From: Trueperaceae bacterium
GTDB lineage: Bacteria; Deinococcota; Deinococci; Deinococcales; Trueperaceae
NCBI GenBank assembly: GCA_034520945.1
Contig: JAXHNB010000001.1
Location: 353,593-417,592, forward strand
DNA: 64,000 bases
Direction of reading: 5' to 3'
The notes under the pieces are model-generated. The model saw nothing but the letters and a program-made list of their open reading frames with translations, had not been told where the DNA came from and did no database searches. Positions within the stretch are counted from its first letter, which is position 1. Every line of letters starts with the position of its first letter. Below are positions 31,453-41,089 of this stretch, piece after piece. Position numbers and translations under genes: made by a program.

Positions 31453-32283
31453 ATGCACTCGTTCATGACGGCAACGGGGGCTCGCGTGCCCGACGTCGGT
31501 GCGGCGCGCATGCGCGAACTGGACCGCATCGCGACCGAGACGTTCGGCCTCGACCTACTGCAGATGATGGAGAACGCGGGGCGCGCGTTGGCCGACACGG
31601 TGCGTGGGTTTCTGGTCGGCAACGGCGGCGTGACGATCATGGCCGGTCCCGGCGGCAACGGCGGGGGTGGATTGGCCGCGGCGCGCCACCTCCACGGGTG
31701 GGGCATCCCCGTGCGCATCGTGCTGGCCCAGCCGGAGGCGCGGTCGAGCCGGGCCGCCGCCCACCAGCTCGGCATCCTCCGTGCCGCGAACGTGCCGGTC
31801 GGCGGGCCCGACATGGCGGACGCCTGGGTGGCCGAGGCGGACGTCGCGATCGACGCGCTGGTGGGCTACGGCCTTGGGGCACCCATCGAGGGGGAGACGG
31901 CCGATCTGATCCGCACCCTCAACCGGCGGGCCCGCCGCATCGTGTCGCTGGACCTCCCCTCGGGTCTCGACGCGACGCACGGCGTGATCGGCGGGGCGAT
32001 CGTGCGCCCCGCCGGCATCCTGACGTTGGCACTTCCCAAGACCGGCCTGGCCGATCCGACTGCGGATCTGGCCGAGTTGTGGTTGGCCGACATCGGGATA
32101 CCCCCCGAGGCGATCCGGCAACTGGGCATCACCGAGTACGCCTCGCCGTTCCGGGGTGACGCGCGCCTCTCGCTGCGTTGCACGGGGACGTGGTCGGCGC
32201 GTTGTCGCGAGGGCGCGCACACGTCGCACGTGCCGGCCCGCGCGTTCGCCCCTGCGCCTGGAGGCGGCTCGGGACAGGGATAA
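31453..32283 (+). CDS. nnrE: Stand-alone NAD(P)H-hydrate epimerase (YjeF-N)
   Basis: MRELDRIA, MMENAGR, GPGGNGGGG, IDALVGYG, SLDLPSG, LALPKTG, LADIGIP. Confidence 0.82.
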   Translation: MHSFMTATGARVPDVGAARMRELDRIATETFGLDLLQMMENAGRALADTVRGFLVGNGGVTIMAGPGGNGGGGLAAARHLHGWGIPVRIVLAQPEARSSRAAAHQLGILRAANVPVGGPDMADAWVAEADVAIDALVGYGLGAPIEGETADLIRTLNRRARRIVSLDLPSGLDATHGVIGGAIVRPAGILTLALPKTGLADPTADLAELWLADIGIPPEAIRQLGITEYASPFRGDARLSLRCTGTWSARCREGAHTSHVPARAFAPAPGGGSGQG

Positions 32284-32325
32284 CCAGCGGCGCGGCCGAG
32301 GGGGCGCGGTTCGTTTCACGACCTG

Positions 32326-32455
32326 TTGCTGCCCATGGGCATCAACGGGTCGAACGTGCGCATCTCACAATTCGCGATGCGTGAGGGACGGGTTTCCTGC
32401 CACGTTAAGGCTCGAAGTTGGGTATTTGGGCGGCGTTGATGCCCATGGGCATCGA
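32326..32455. repeat. ~130-bp palindrome-doublet element, copy 3
   Basis: Palindromes at 32326-32345 and 32436-32455, centres 110 bp apart; same internal motifs and orientation as copy 2. Confidence 0.9.
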
Positions 32456-32496
32456 CGAGCGCTTTGAGAGGCACCGGTCCCGCCAGGCCGGGTGGG

Positions 32497-33126
32497 TCAG
32501 CCGGTCAGCGCGGTCCGGACGGCCGGGGCGAGCGCGACGCGCACGCCCCCGTGTTCCTTGGCGTGGGCGTCGAGGGTGGGTAGGACCTCTTGCGGGAACG
32601 CGCCGGGCGGGACGGGGGTGCCCGCGACCGTGACCGGGCCGTGGTCCAACAGCGCGGGCCGGCGGACCAGCGTGCCCAGCAGCTTGCCGGCGTCCCAGGC
32701 GCGCCAGGTCTGAACCACCGTGCCACCTTCCAGCACCTCGTCCGTTTCGTCTTCGGACGGGTGGGGGTAGGCGCGCATCAGGCCTTGCGCCTGGCGGGTC
32801 AGGTTGACGTCGGACAGGTCCTGCGTCACCGAGGCCTGCTTGATGACGCTGAGGGCGGTCTTGGGGCCGATGCCGTGGAACAGGCGGTCCAGGGGCGAGG
32901 CGATCACGCTGAAGCGCACGCCGCCCGCTTCGGTGGCGGTGCGGGTGAGGGCGTACAGGCCCAGTTTGGCACCGAGGAGGGCGCCCACGCGGGCCTCCAC
33001 CTCGCCGGGGTCGTGTCCGGCGGCGGCGACCCACCAGGTCATCTCGACGTTGGTGCCGACGAACTGGACGGCGTGCACCTCCACCTCGGACGGTCGGAGC
33101 GGTTCAGGGGTGGCACCTTCGGGCAT
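32497..33126 (-). CDS. Hypothetical protein
   Basis: Coding-like codon usage; TACCAT 7 nt upstream of ATG 33126. Confidence 0.6.
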   Translation of the reverse strand: MPEGATPEPLRPSEVEVHAVQFVGTNVEMTWWVAAAGHDPGEVEARVGALLGAKLGLYALTRTATEAGGVRFSVIASPLDRLFHGIGPKTALSVIKQASVTQDLSDVNLTRQAQGLMRAYPHPSEDETDEVLEGGTVVQTWRAWDAGKLLGTLVRRPALLDHGPVTVAGTPVPPGAFPQEVLPTLDAHAKEHGGVRVALAPAVRTALTG

Positions 33127-33271
33127 CGCCGGCATGGTACCCGCGCGCGAGCCGCCCGGAGGCGCGTCCCGGACACCGTTCCGGCCGTCTGGGCGCGCGT
33201 GATAGGCTCCCAGGCGAACCGCCGCTCCGCCCGTGGCGGGGCGCGCCGCCCCTTGCCCCCGAGAGGACGTC

Positions 33272-34834
33272 ATGGTCAAGACCTACGCCAACCTGATCGG
33301 CGGACGCGAGGTGTCCTCCGCCCAAACCTTCGCGTCGCGCAATTCCAGCGACGCCGGCGACACCGTGGGGCTGTTCCCCGAGGCCACCATCGACGAGGTC
33401 CGTGCCGCCACCGACGCGGCGCGTGCCGCCTTCCCCAAGTGGTCGGCCCTGCCGGCCCCCATCCGGGGCGAACTGGTGGGCAGCATCGGCCAGGCGCTGA
33501 CGCGGGAGAAGGAGAGCCTGTCCCGGCTGGTGACCCGCGAGATGGGCAAGACCCTCAAAGAGGCGCGCGGCAGCGTCCAAGAGGCCATCGACACCTGCCA
33601 ATTCTTTCAGAGCGAGGGGCGGCGACTGTACGGGCAGACCGTCCCCAGCGAGATGCCGAACAAGGAGTTGATGACCTACCGCAAGCCGCTGGGGGTGGTC
33701 GGTATGGTCACGGCCGGGAACTTCCCGGTCGCGGTGCCGTCGTGGAAGATCGTGCCGGCGTTGGTGACCGGCAACACGCTGGTGTGGAAGCCGAGTGACG
33801 ACGCGCCGGCGGTAGCGTACGCCTTCGCGAAGCTGATCGAGGAGGCGGGCGTGCCGGCCGGGGTGCTGAACCTGGTGTTCGGCGGCGGCAAGGGCGCGGC
33901 CGGCGAGTACCTGGTGCAGATGATGGACGAGGGACGCCTCGACAAGTTCGCGTTCACCGGCTCCACCAAGGTCGGGCGTGAGGTCGGCGCCATCGCGGGC
34001 CGCAACCTGCTGCACCCCACGCTGGAGCTGGGCGGCAAGAACCCGCTGGTGATCCTCCGCGACGCCGACATGGACAACGCCGTGCAGGGCGCGCTGTTCA
34101 GCGCGTTCGCGACCGGCGGGCAGCGGTGCACCAGCGCCGGCAACATCATCGTGGATGCGCCCATCTACGACACCTTCAAGGAGCGCTTCCTCGAAACCGT
34201 ACAGGGCGTGAAGATCGGCGATCCGAACCGGCATCCGGACGTGCTGTACGGGCCGTTCATCAACGAGCGGTTCTTCGAGCGCTGGATGACACACTACGAC
34301 TGGGGCAACGAGGACGGCGCCACCAAGCTGTACGGCGAGGGCCGCATCACCGAAGGGAACGCGCCCAGCGGCTGGGTGGGCGACCCCGACGCGGGCTTCT
34401 ACGGCTGGCCGACCATCTGGGAGGACGTCGAGCCCGGCATGCGGCAGTTCCAGGAGGAGATTTTCGGGCCGACCATCAACCTGGTGAAGGTGGACGGGGT
34501 CGACCAGGCGATCGAGACCGCCAACGCCGTCGATTACGGTCTGTCCAGCGCCATCTACACGAACCACCGCGAGTGGGCGTACCAGTTCAAGAGCCGCATT
34601 CAGGCCGGGATGACCTCGATCAACAACACCACCAACGGCGCCGAGGCCCACATGCCGTTCGGCGGCGTGAAGGGCAGCGGCAACGGCACCCGCGAGTCCG
34701 GCATTTGGGTGCTGGAGGCGTACACCTGGTGGCACGGCGTGAACGACGACGTCAGCGGCACCTTGCAGCTGGCGCAGATGGACACCGGCTACGTGGAGGG
34801 CACCGACCCGGTCGACGTGTCGCAGTTGTTCTGA
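33272..34834 (+). CDS. Aldehyde dehydrogenase
   Basis: GNFP, WKPS, FTGSTKVG, LELGGKNP, GQRCT, EEIFGP, PFGGVKGSGNG. Confidence 0.93.
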   Translation: MVKTYANLIGGREVSSAQTFASRNSSDAGDTVGLFPEATIDEVRAATDAARAAFPKWSALPAPIRGELVGSIGQALTREKESLSRLVTREMGKTLKEARGSVQEAIDTCQFFQSEGRRLYGQTVPSEMPNKELMTYRKPLGVVGMVTAGNFPVAVPSWKIVPALVTGNTLVWKPSDDAPAVAYAFAKLIEEAGVPAGVLNLVFGGGKGAAGEYLVQMMDEGRLDKFAFTGSTKVGREVGAIAGRNLLHPTLELGGKNPLVILRDADMDNAVQGALFSAFATGGQRCTSAGNIIVDAPIYDTFKERFLETVQGVKIGDPNRHPDVLYGPFINERFFERWMTHYDWGNEDGATKLYGEGRITEGNAPSGWVGDPDAGFYGWPTIWEDVEPGMRQFQEEIFGPTINLVKVDGVDQAIETANAVDYGLSSAIYTNHREWAYQFKSRIQAGMTSINNTTNGAEAHMPFGGVKGSGNGTRESGIWVLEAYTWWHGVNDDVSGTLQLAQMDTGYVEGTDPVDVSQLF

Positions 34835-34937
34835 ATCTCGGCGCGGGTGCGGTGCCGGTGCTGGGGGCACGCGTCGCGGCGGACGGGATGCTGCGCCCAC
34901 CGCGACGTACGCCCCTTCGCTTCCGTACACTGGGGGT

Positions 34938-35342
34938 ATGACCGACGACGATCGCCGCCGGCTCCGTGAGGTGTTCGCGCGCTACCCCGAGGTGGCGGCC
35001 GTGTGGCTGTTCGGCTCGCACGCGCGCGGCGGCGCGGGGGCGGCCAGCGACGTGGACCTGGCGGTCGAACCGCGCACGCCGGAGGCGCGGCGTCGCAAGC
35101 TGGACATGCTGGGCGACCTGGTGGAGGCGGGCTTCGAGAACGTCGATCTGATCATCCTGGACCGCAATGATCCCGTCCTCCGCTTCGAGGCGATGCAGCC
35201 GTTCGACGTGATCTACGCCGCGCCGGGCGTCGATCCCTTCGAGTCGTTTTTGCGGGCGTTCAAGGTGTATTGGGACACGGAGCCGCTGCGGCGGAGGATG
35301 CGCCGGCGCACGTTCGAGAGGTTCTCGGATCGTGCGTCCTGA
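34938..35342 (+). CDS. MNT nucleotidyltransferase antitoxin (type VII TA)
   Basis: LFGSHARGGAGAASDVDLAV (GSX10DXD), VDLIIL; overlaps downstream HEPN start. Confidence 0.85.
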   Translation: MTDDDRRRLREVFARYPEVAAVWLFGSHARGGAGAASDVDLAVEPRTPEARRRKLDMLGDLVEAGFENVDLIILDRNDPVLRFEAMQPFDVIYAAPGVDPFESFLRAFKVYWDTEPLRRRMRRRTFERFSDRAS

Positions 35343-35568
35343 CGTCGTCGAGCGGCGCGTGCGCAAATTCGACGAGCTGCTCGGGATTCTGGAAGGGATC
35401 GCGGTCACACCGTGGGAGCAGTTTCGGAACGACCCGGAGAAGTATGGAAGCGCTGAGCGGTTTCTGCAGCTCGCGACCTGGGTACTGAACGATCTCGGTG
35501 CGCATGTGGCCGTCGAGCTTTACGGCGGCAGGATCGATTCGTACCGTGACATTGCTGAAATCGCCTGA
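35332..35568 (+). pseudogene. Truncated HEPN/DUF86 toxin
   Basis: AERFLQL..D.GAH..SYRDI typical of the DUF86 N-terminal half; stops at 78 aa; no RX4H motif found downstream in frames read. Confidence 0.65.
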
Positions 35569-35626
35569 GCGAAGCCGCGAAACGCGGGCGTAGGACGCGA
35601 CGACAGGCTTAGGACCGGACGAACAG

Positions 35627-35664
35627 CGAACGTGGCCGCCGGCGCGAACCGGCGGCCACGTTCG
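35627..35664. terminator. 16-bp-stem hairpin between convergent genes
   Basis: CGAACGTGGCCGCCGG-cgcgaa-CCGGCGGCCACGTTCG. Confidence 0.6.
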
Positions 35665-35687
35665 TGGTGAGGCTCGATGCGGTCTTC

Positions 35688-36746
35688 TCAGGCCCGTTCG
35701 GGCCGGGGCACACGCACAGGCGCGCGTTCGCGGACGGAGCGGTAGATCGTCTCGATCAGCCGGACCGAGCGGATGCCTTCGCGGCCGTCGACGCGGGGCG
35801 GGTGGTCGTGCGTCAGCGCGTCCAGCAGGTCCTCGTACTGCCGTCGGTGGTTCTCGAACGAGATCGCCATCGGGTCGGCCGAGCCGCCGGTGGTGTGACC
35901 GCCGTAGCGGCGGAGGCGCTCGGCGCGGTCCTCGTCGGAGACGCCGTGCAGGTCCCAGCTGGTCAGGGCGTCGTCGCGGATGGTGACGGTGCCGTTCACG
36001 CCGTGCAGGTCCAGTGCCTTGGGTTGGCCGGGCCATAGCGAGGTGGCGGCGCTGATGTGGCCCAGCGCCCCGCTGGCGTAGCGCAGGACCGCCACCAGGG
36101 TGTCCTCGACCTCCAACCGCTGGTGCGTGGCGGTGTCGGCGTAGGCGAAGACCTCCTCGACCGGGCCCATCATCCACAGCAGCAGGTCCACCTGGTGGAT
36201 CGCCTGGTTCATCAGCGCGCCGCCGCCGTCCAGATTCCAGGTGCCGCGCCAGGCGCCGGAGTCGTAGTATTCCTGGCTGCGGTACCACTTCACGTAGGCG
36301 TCGCCCTGCACCATGCGGCCCAGCTCGCCGGCGTCGATGGCGCGCTTGAGCAGGTCGTTGGCGTCGGCGAAGCGGCTCATGAACACCGTCGACAGGGTCA
36401 CGCCGGTCTCCTCGGCCGCGTCGATGATGGCCTGGGCGCGCTCGCTGGTGATCTCGAGCGGTTTCTCGACGATGACGTGCTTGCCGGCGCGGGCGGCGGC
36501 CACGGCCGGCTCCAGGTGCGCGCCGCTGGGGGTGCAGATCGTCACCACGTCCACCGCGTCGTCGGCCAGAAGGGCGTCCACGCCTGGGTAGGCCGTGGTG
36601 TCGTTCTTCTGTGCCCAGGCGCGGGCGCCCTCCGCCGTGCGGCTGGCGACGCCGATCAGGCGGGCGTTGGGCAGGCGCTGGATGGCGTCCAGGTGCGCCG
36701 CGGCGATGTTGCCGGTGCCGATCAGGCCGATGCCGAAGGTACGCAT
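35688..36746 (-). CDS. Gfo/Idh/MocA family oxidoreductase
   Basis: GLIGTGNIA, ICTPSGAH, KHVIVEKP, GGGALMNQAIH. Confidence 0.9.
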   Translation of the reverse strand: MRTFGIGLIGTGNIAAAHLDAIQRLPNARLIGVASRTAEGARAWAQKNDTTAYPGVDALLADDAVDVVTICTPSGAHLEPAVAAARAGKHVIVEKPLEITSERAQAIIDAAEETGVTLSTVFMSRFADANDLLKRAIDAGELGRMVQGDAYVKWYRSQEYYDSGAWRGTWNLDGGGALMNQAIHQVDLLLWMMGPVEEVFAYADTATHQRLEVEDTLVAVLRYASGALGHISAATSLWPGQPKALDLHGVNGTVTIRDDALTSWDLHGVSDEDRAERLRRYGGHTTGGSADPMAISFENHRRQYEDLLDALTHDHPPRVDGREGIRSVRLIETIYRSVRERAPVRVPRPERA

Positions 36747-36755
36747 GGCAACCTC

Positions 36756-37634
36756 CTACCCTTCCGCCGCCGCGATCGCGTCGCGGGCGGCATGGATGCA
36801 GGCGTGGGCCGCCTCCTCCCGGGAGAGGTGGGCGGGGGCGTAGTGCGGCTCGAGCACCACGGTACCCTCGTAGCCGTCGCGCCGGAGGCGCCGCAACTGC
36901 CCGGCGTAGTCGACGTCGCCCTCGCCCAGCGGCAGGTAGGTGGGCGTGCCGTCCGCGCCGATGCTCGGATCCTTGAGGTGCACGTGCACCAGTCTGCACG
37001 GTTCCAGCGCGTCGTAGCCACCGGGGTAGGCGTCCTGCTCGCCGGCGGCCAGAGCGTTGCCGGGGTCCCATAGCGTGCCCAGGTGGGGGCGAAGCTCGGC
37101 GGGAAGCGACGCCAGGCGTTCACAGAGGCGGCCCAACTCGCGGCCGGTGGCGACGATGCAGACCGGTTCGTTCTCGACGGCCAGCGTGACGTCGTGCCGC
37201 GCGGCGACGCGGGCGGCCTGCGTGAGCTTGTCCAGCAGCGCGTCCGCGACGTCGTCCGTCCACGGTTCGCGCCAGAAGGTGAACACCCGCACGAACGGCG
37301 CGCCCACGCGGGCGGCCAGCCGGCACGCGCGCTCCAGCAGGTCCAGCTGCGCCGCCATCGATTCGACGCCGGACAGCGCGAAGTCGGCCGCCACCTCGCG
37401 CGGAACCTCGTCCAGCGGCGACTTGAACACCGGCGACGCGACGGCGGTGACCCGTAGGTCCAGCCGCTGCACGACGTCCACGAGGCGCTGCTCCTCCTCG
37501 TCGTCCAGCTGGACGACGTTCTTGCCCCAGGCCTGGCGCAACTCCACGTGCCGCACGCCCCAGTCGTGCGCCAGCTCGCACGCGCGGGCGAAGTCGTCGC
37601 TCACTTCGTCGGTGATGATGCCGAGCTCCATCAT
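36756..37634 (-). CDS. Sugar phosphate isomerase/epimerase (xylose-isomerase-like TIM barrel)
   Basis: GIITDEVSDDF, LAVENE, WDPGN, HVHLKD, VLEPH. Confidence 0.85.
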   Translation of the reverse strand: MMELGIITDEVSDDFARACELAHDWGVRHVELRQAWGKNVVQLDDEEEQRLVDVVQRLDLRVTAVASPVFKSPLDEVPREVAADFALSGVESMAAQLDLLERACRLAARVGAPFVRVFTFWREPWTDDVADALLDKLTQAARVAARHDVTLAVENEPVCIVATGRELGRLCERLASLPAELRPHLGTLWDPGNALAAGEQDAYPGGYDALEPCRLVHVHLKDPSIGADGTPTYLPLGEGDVDYAGQLRRLRRDGYEGTVVLEPHYAPAHLSREEAAHACIHAARDAIAAAEG

Positions 37635-37827
37635 GGCCTGGTCCCTTCGGGGGCGGGCGTCGCGTCGGGTCCGCGCCGGCGCGCCGCGTGAGGATCGAGC
37701 AGGGCGCGAACGGCGGTGCGGGCCGGAGCGTATCATGGGCGCCGCTGCGCCGGCTCCGCGGGGGTGTTGCGGATGGCGGCCCGCGTTCCGGCGGGTTCGC
37801 GGCGGCCTGTACGCCGCTTCGGCCCCC

Positions 37828-38808
37828 CTATCCGGACACCTCTTCGGCGGCGGCTCTGAGGGCGCGGTCGACGGCGGCGTCCACCCGCACGCCGGCCTGC
37901 GTCAGGGCCAGGCGGCCGGCGCCGAGGACCGGGGGCAGTCGTGCCGTGCGCCAGGCGACCATGGGCACGCGGTCCTGGGCCGCTGCCGTGAAGGCCTCCC
38001 GCCAGGTGGGGTCCGCGCCCAGGCCGCCCGTGATCAGCACCGGCACCGGTTCGGTGGGGGTGAAGAGGGTCTCGGCCACCACCTGCAGGCTTCGCGCCAG
38101 TTCGTCGCAGCCGCGCGCCAGGATGTCGCGCGCGACCGGCTCGCCCTCCGCCGCCAGCCGCAGCAGGGTGGGGGCGAAGGCGGCGATGTCGGCGCGGCGG
38201 GGGCCGTTCACGTGCATGCGGCGCAGCAGCTCCTCGGGGTCGTGCAGGTCCAGCCAGGCCAGCACCGCCTCGCTCAGCGGGCCCGGCCGGCCGCGGCCGT
38301 CGTGCGCGCGGGCGGTGGCGCGGATCGCCTGCAGGCCCAACCAGTGGCCGCTCCCCTCGTCGCCCAGGATCGGGCCCCAATTGCCGCAGCGGGCCTCGGC
38401 GCCGGCCGCGTCGCGCCCGAAGCAGTTGGAGCCGGTGCCGGCCACCACCAAGATGCCAGCGGCACCCGCCAGGCCGCCCTCCAGCGCGACGTAGGCGTCG
38501 TGATGCACCTGCAGGGCGTCCTCGGCGGCCAGGCCGGCGGCGTGCGCCACGCGCCGCGCCTCGCGCCGGTCCCGGCCGCTCAACACCCCGCCCAGGCCCA
38601 GGAACGCCGCGTCGAACGGCGCCTCGGCCGACGGGTCGGCGCGGCGCAGCTCGGCGAGGAGGTCCTGCAGGCGCCGCGTGGCCTCCTCCGGCGGGTGGTC
38701 GTCCAGGTTCACCGAGGCGCCCTCGGCGAAGGCCCGCAGGCGGCCGGTCTCGTCCAACACGGCCGCCCGCGTGCGCGTGCCGCCCCCGTCGATGCCCAAC
38801 ACCCTCAT
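37828..38808 (-). CDS. BadF-type sugar kinase (N-acetylglucosamine kinase-like)
   Basis: LGIDGGGTRT, VAGTGS, GNWGPILGDEGSG, TGG. Confidence 0.85.
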   Translation of the reverse strand: MRVLGIDGGGTRTRAAVLDETGRLRAFAEGASVNLDDHPPEEATRRLQDLLAELRRADPSAEAPFDAAFLGLGGVLSGRDRREARRVAHAAGLAAEDALQVHHDAYVALEGGLAGAAGILVVAGTGSNCFGRDAAGAEARCGNWGPILGDEGSGHWLGLQAIRATARAHDGRGRPGPLSEAVLAWLDLHDPEELLRRMHVNGPRRADIAAFAPTLLRLAAEGEPVARDILARGCDELARSLQVVAETLFTPTEPVPVLITGGLGADPTWREAFTAAAQDRVPMVAWRTARLPPVLGAGRLALTQAGVRVDAAVDRALRAAAEEVSG

Positions 38809-38876
38809 CACGCCTCCGTTCGCGGCTGCGCGGCGGTCCTCGCTCCGCGCGGCCGGGTTCACGATACGGTGACGCC

Positions 38877-40724
38877 GTGCCCGAGCCCAACCCGTCCGAA
38901 CCCACCGCACGCGCGGGGTCGTTCCCGCCGCTGCCGCGCGTCGCGCCGCCCGACCCGGGACGCTACCGGCTGGTGCCCACCCACCCCTTGCCCAATGGGC
39001 AGATCGGCCTCGGGTTCGACGCGCTGGCGGAGCGGCTCGCGGAGACGCTGGCAGGCGGCGGCCGGGTGTGGCTGGACGGCTACGTGGGGGTGGCGTGGGG
39101 GCCGCTGTGCGAGGGGCTTCGCGAGGCGCTGGCGCGGCGGGGCGTGCAGGCGGCCTGGGTCGACGTGCGAACCGCCATGCGGGACGAGGACGCCATCGAC
39201 GCGCTGCTGGCGCCCTACCTCGGCAATGAGCCGGTGTTCGGCCACCGCTACCCGGGCGGGTTGCGCGATCTGTTCGACGACGGCCGGCTGGCGGCGCTGC
39301 GTGAGCGTGTGCGGGGCGAGAACGGCCCCGTGGTGGCGTTCGGGCCCGGGGCGGCGTTGCTGGGCGAGGACGGGCGGGGCGCAGGCGACGGGAATGGCGT
39401 AGGCGGCGCGCCGGCGGCCCCGGCGCTGCTGGCGTACGTGGACGTGCCCAAGAACGAGATCCAGTACCGCGCCCGTGCCGGGGCGATCCCCAACCTCGGC
39501 AAGGCCGAGCCCGAGGACGCCAAGGCGATGTACAAGCGCTTCTACTTCGTCGACTGGGTGGTCGCCAACCGGCACAAGCAGGCGTTGCTGCCCCGCGCCG
39601 ACCTGTGGATCGACGGGCAGCGCGCGGACGATCCCGCCTGCGTCGCTGGCGCGGCACTGCGCGAGGGGCTGGCCTCGCTGACGGCGCGGCCGTTCCGGGC
39701 GCGGCCGTGGTTCGAGCCGGGCGCGTGGGGCGGGCAGTGGCTGAAGCGACGTATCCCCGAGCTGCCCGGTGACGTGCCGAACTACGCCTGGTCGTTCGAG
39801 CTGATCGCGCCGGAGAACGGCCTGGTGTTCGCCGCAGGCGGGCGGTTGTTGGAGGTGTCGTTCGACACCCTCATGGCGCAGGAGCACGCGCGGGTGCTGG
39901 GGCCCAAGGGGGCGCGCTTCGGTGCGTCGTTCCCGATCCGCTTCGACTTTCTGGACACGGTGGAGGGCGGCAACCTGTCGCTGCAGTGCCACCCGACGCG
40001 GGACACCATTCAGGAGGCGTTCGGCGAGCCGGTCATGACGCAGGACGAGAGCTACTACATGCTGCACGTGGAGCCCGGCAGCGAGGTGTTCCTGGGCCTG
40101 CAGCAAGGCGCGGACCTGGCGGCGTTCCGCGCCGAGCTGGAACGCAGCGCGCGTGAAGGGACGGAGGTGGAGGTGCGCCGCTACGTCCAGGCGCACCCGG
40201 CGGCGCGGCACGAGCTGTTCCTGATCCCCGCCGGCACGGTGCACTGTTCCGGTGCTGGGAACGTGGTGTTGGAGATCAGTTCGACGCCGTACATCTTCAC
40301 CTTCAAGATGTACGACTGGCTGCGGCGGGACCTGGACGGGCGGCCGCGGCCGCTGAACGTCGCGCGGGCGTTCCACGACCTCGACCCCACCCGTCGTGGT
40401 GAGGCCGTGGACCAGGAGCTGATCGCGCGACCCCGGGTGCTGCGCGAGGACGGTCCGGACCGGGTGGTGCAGCTGCCGACCCACCCGGCACACGACTACG
40501 ACGTGTGCAGGCTGGAGTTCACCGGCGCGGTCGAGATGCCGACCGAGGGGTCGTGCCACGTGCTCAGCCTGGTGGAGGGGGACGCGATGCGCATCGAGAC
40601 GGAGGGCGAGGCGTACCGTCACTACTTCGCCGAGACGGTGGTGGTACCGGCGTCGGTCGGCCGCTACCGTGTATGCAGCGAGGACGGCCGGCCGTGCAAG
40701 GTGGTGGTGGCGTACCTGAAGTAG
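38877..40724 (+). CDS. Long-form class I mannose-6-phosphate isomerase-like cupin protein
   Basis: FPIRFDFLDT..GGNLSLQCHP, QDESYY, LIPAGTVHCSG, VLEISSTP; ~270-aa N-terminal extra region. Confidence 0.8.
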   Translation: MPEPNPSEPTARAGSFPPLPRVAPPDPGRYRLVPTHPLPNGQIGLGFDALAERLAETLAGGGRVWLDGYVGVAWGPLCEGLREALARRGVQAAWVDVRTAMRDEDAIDALLAPYLGNEPVFGHRYPGGLRDLFDDGRLAALRERVRGENGPVVAFGPGAALLGEDGRGAGDGNGVGGAPAAPALLAYVDVPKNEIQYRARAGAIPNLGKAEPEDAKAMYKRFYFVDWVVANRHKQALLPRADLWIDGQRADDPACVAGAALREGLASLTARPFRARPWFEPGAWGGQWLKRRIPELPGDVPNYAWSFELIAPENGLVFAAGGRLLEVSFDTLMAQEHARVLGPKGARFGASFPIRFDFLDTVEGGNLSLQCHPTRDTIQEAFGEPVMTQDESYYMLHVEPGSEVFLGLQQGADLAAFRAELERSAREGTEVEVRRYVQAHPAARHELFLIPAGTVHCSGAGNVVLEISSTPYIFTFKMYDWLRRDLDGRPRPLNVARAFHDLDPTRRGEAVDQELIARPRVLREDGPDRVVQLPTHPAHDYDVCRLEFTGAVEMPTEGSCHVLSLVEGDAMRIETEGEAYRHYFAETVVVPASVGRYRVCSEDGRPCKVVVAYLK

Positions 40725-40852
40725 GCGCCGGCCGCGCGCCGCTCGGCCCGGCTGCGCGGGGACGTTCGTCCGTTCCGGCGGGCGCGGCGTTCGGCGAGAC
40801 TGTGCATCACCGGCGGCGTTGCCGCTCGCGTTTTCGGAATCGAGGTGCGTCC

Positions 40853-41089
40853 GTGGCATACGTAATCTGCGAACCCTGCATCGGCGTCAAGGACAGTGCC
40901 TGCGTCGACGTCTGTCCCGTCGAGTGCATCTACGAGGCGGAGGACCAGTTCTACATCCAGCCCGAGGAGTGCATCGACTGCGACGCGTGCGTTCCGGCCT
41001 GCCCCGTCGACGCGATCTTCCCCGAGGAGGACGTGCCGGAGGAGTGGACGTCGTTCATCCAGAAGAACGCGGAGCTGTCCGGGTTGTAG
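40853..41089 (+). CDS. Dicluster (7Fe-type) ferredoxin
   Basis: YVICEPCIGVKDSACVDVCPVECI...CIDCDACVPACPVDAIF; GAGG RBS before GTG. Confidence 0.92.
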   Translation: MAYVICEPCIGVKDSACVDVCPVECIYEAEDQFYIQPEECIDCDACVPACPVDAIFPEEDVPEEWTSFIQKNAELSGL

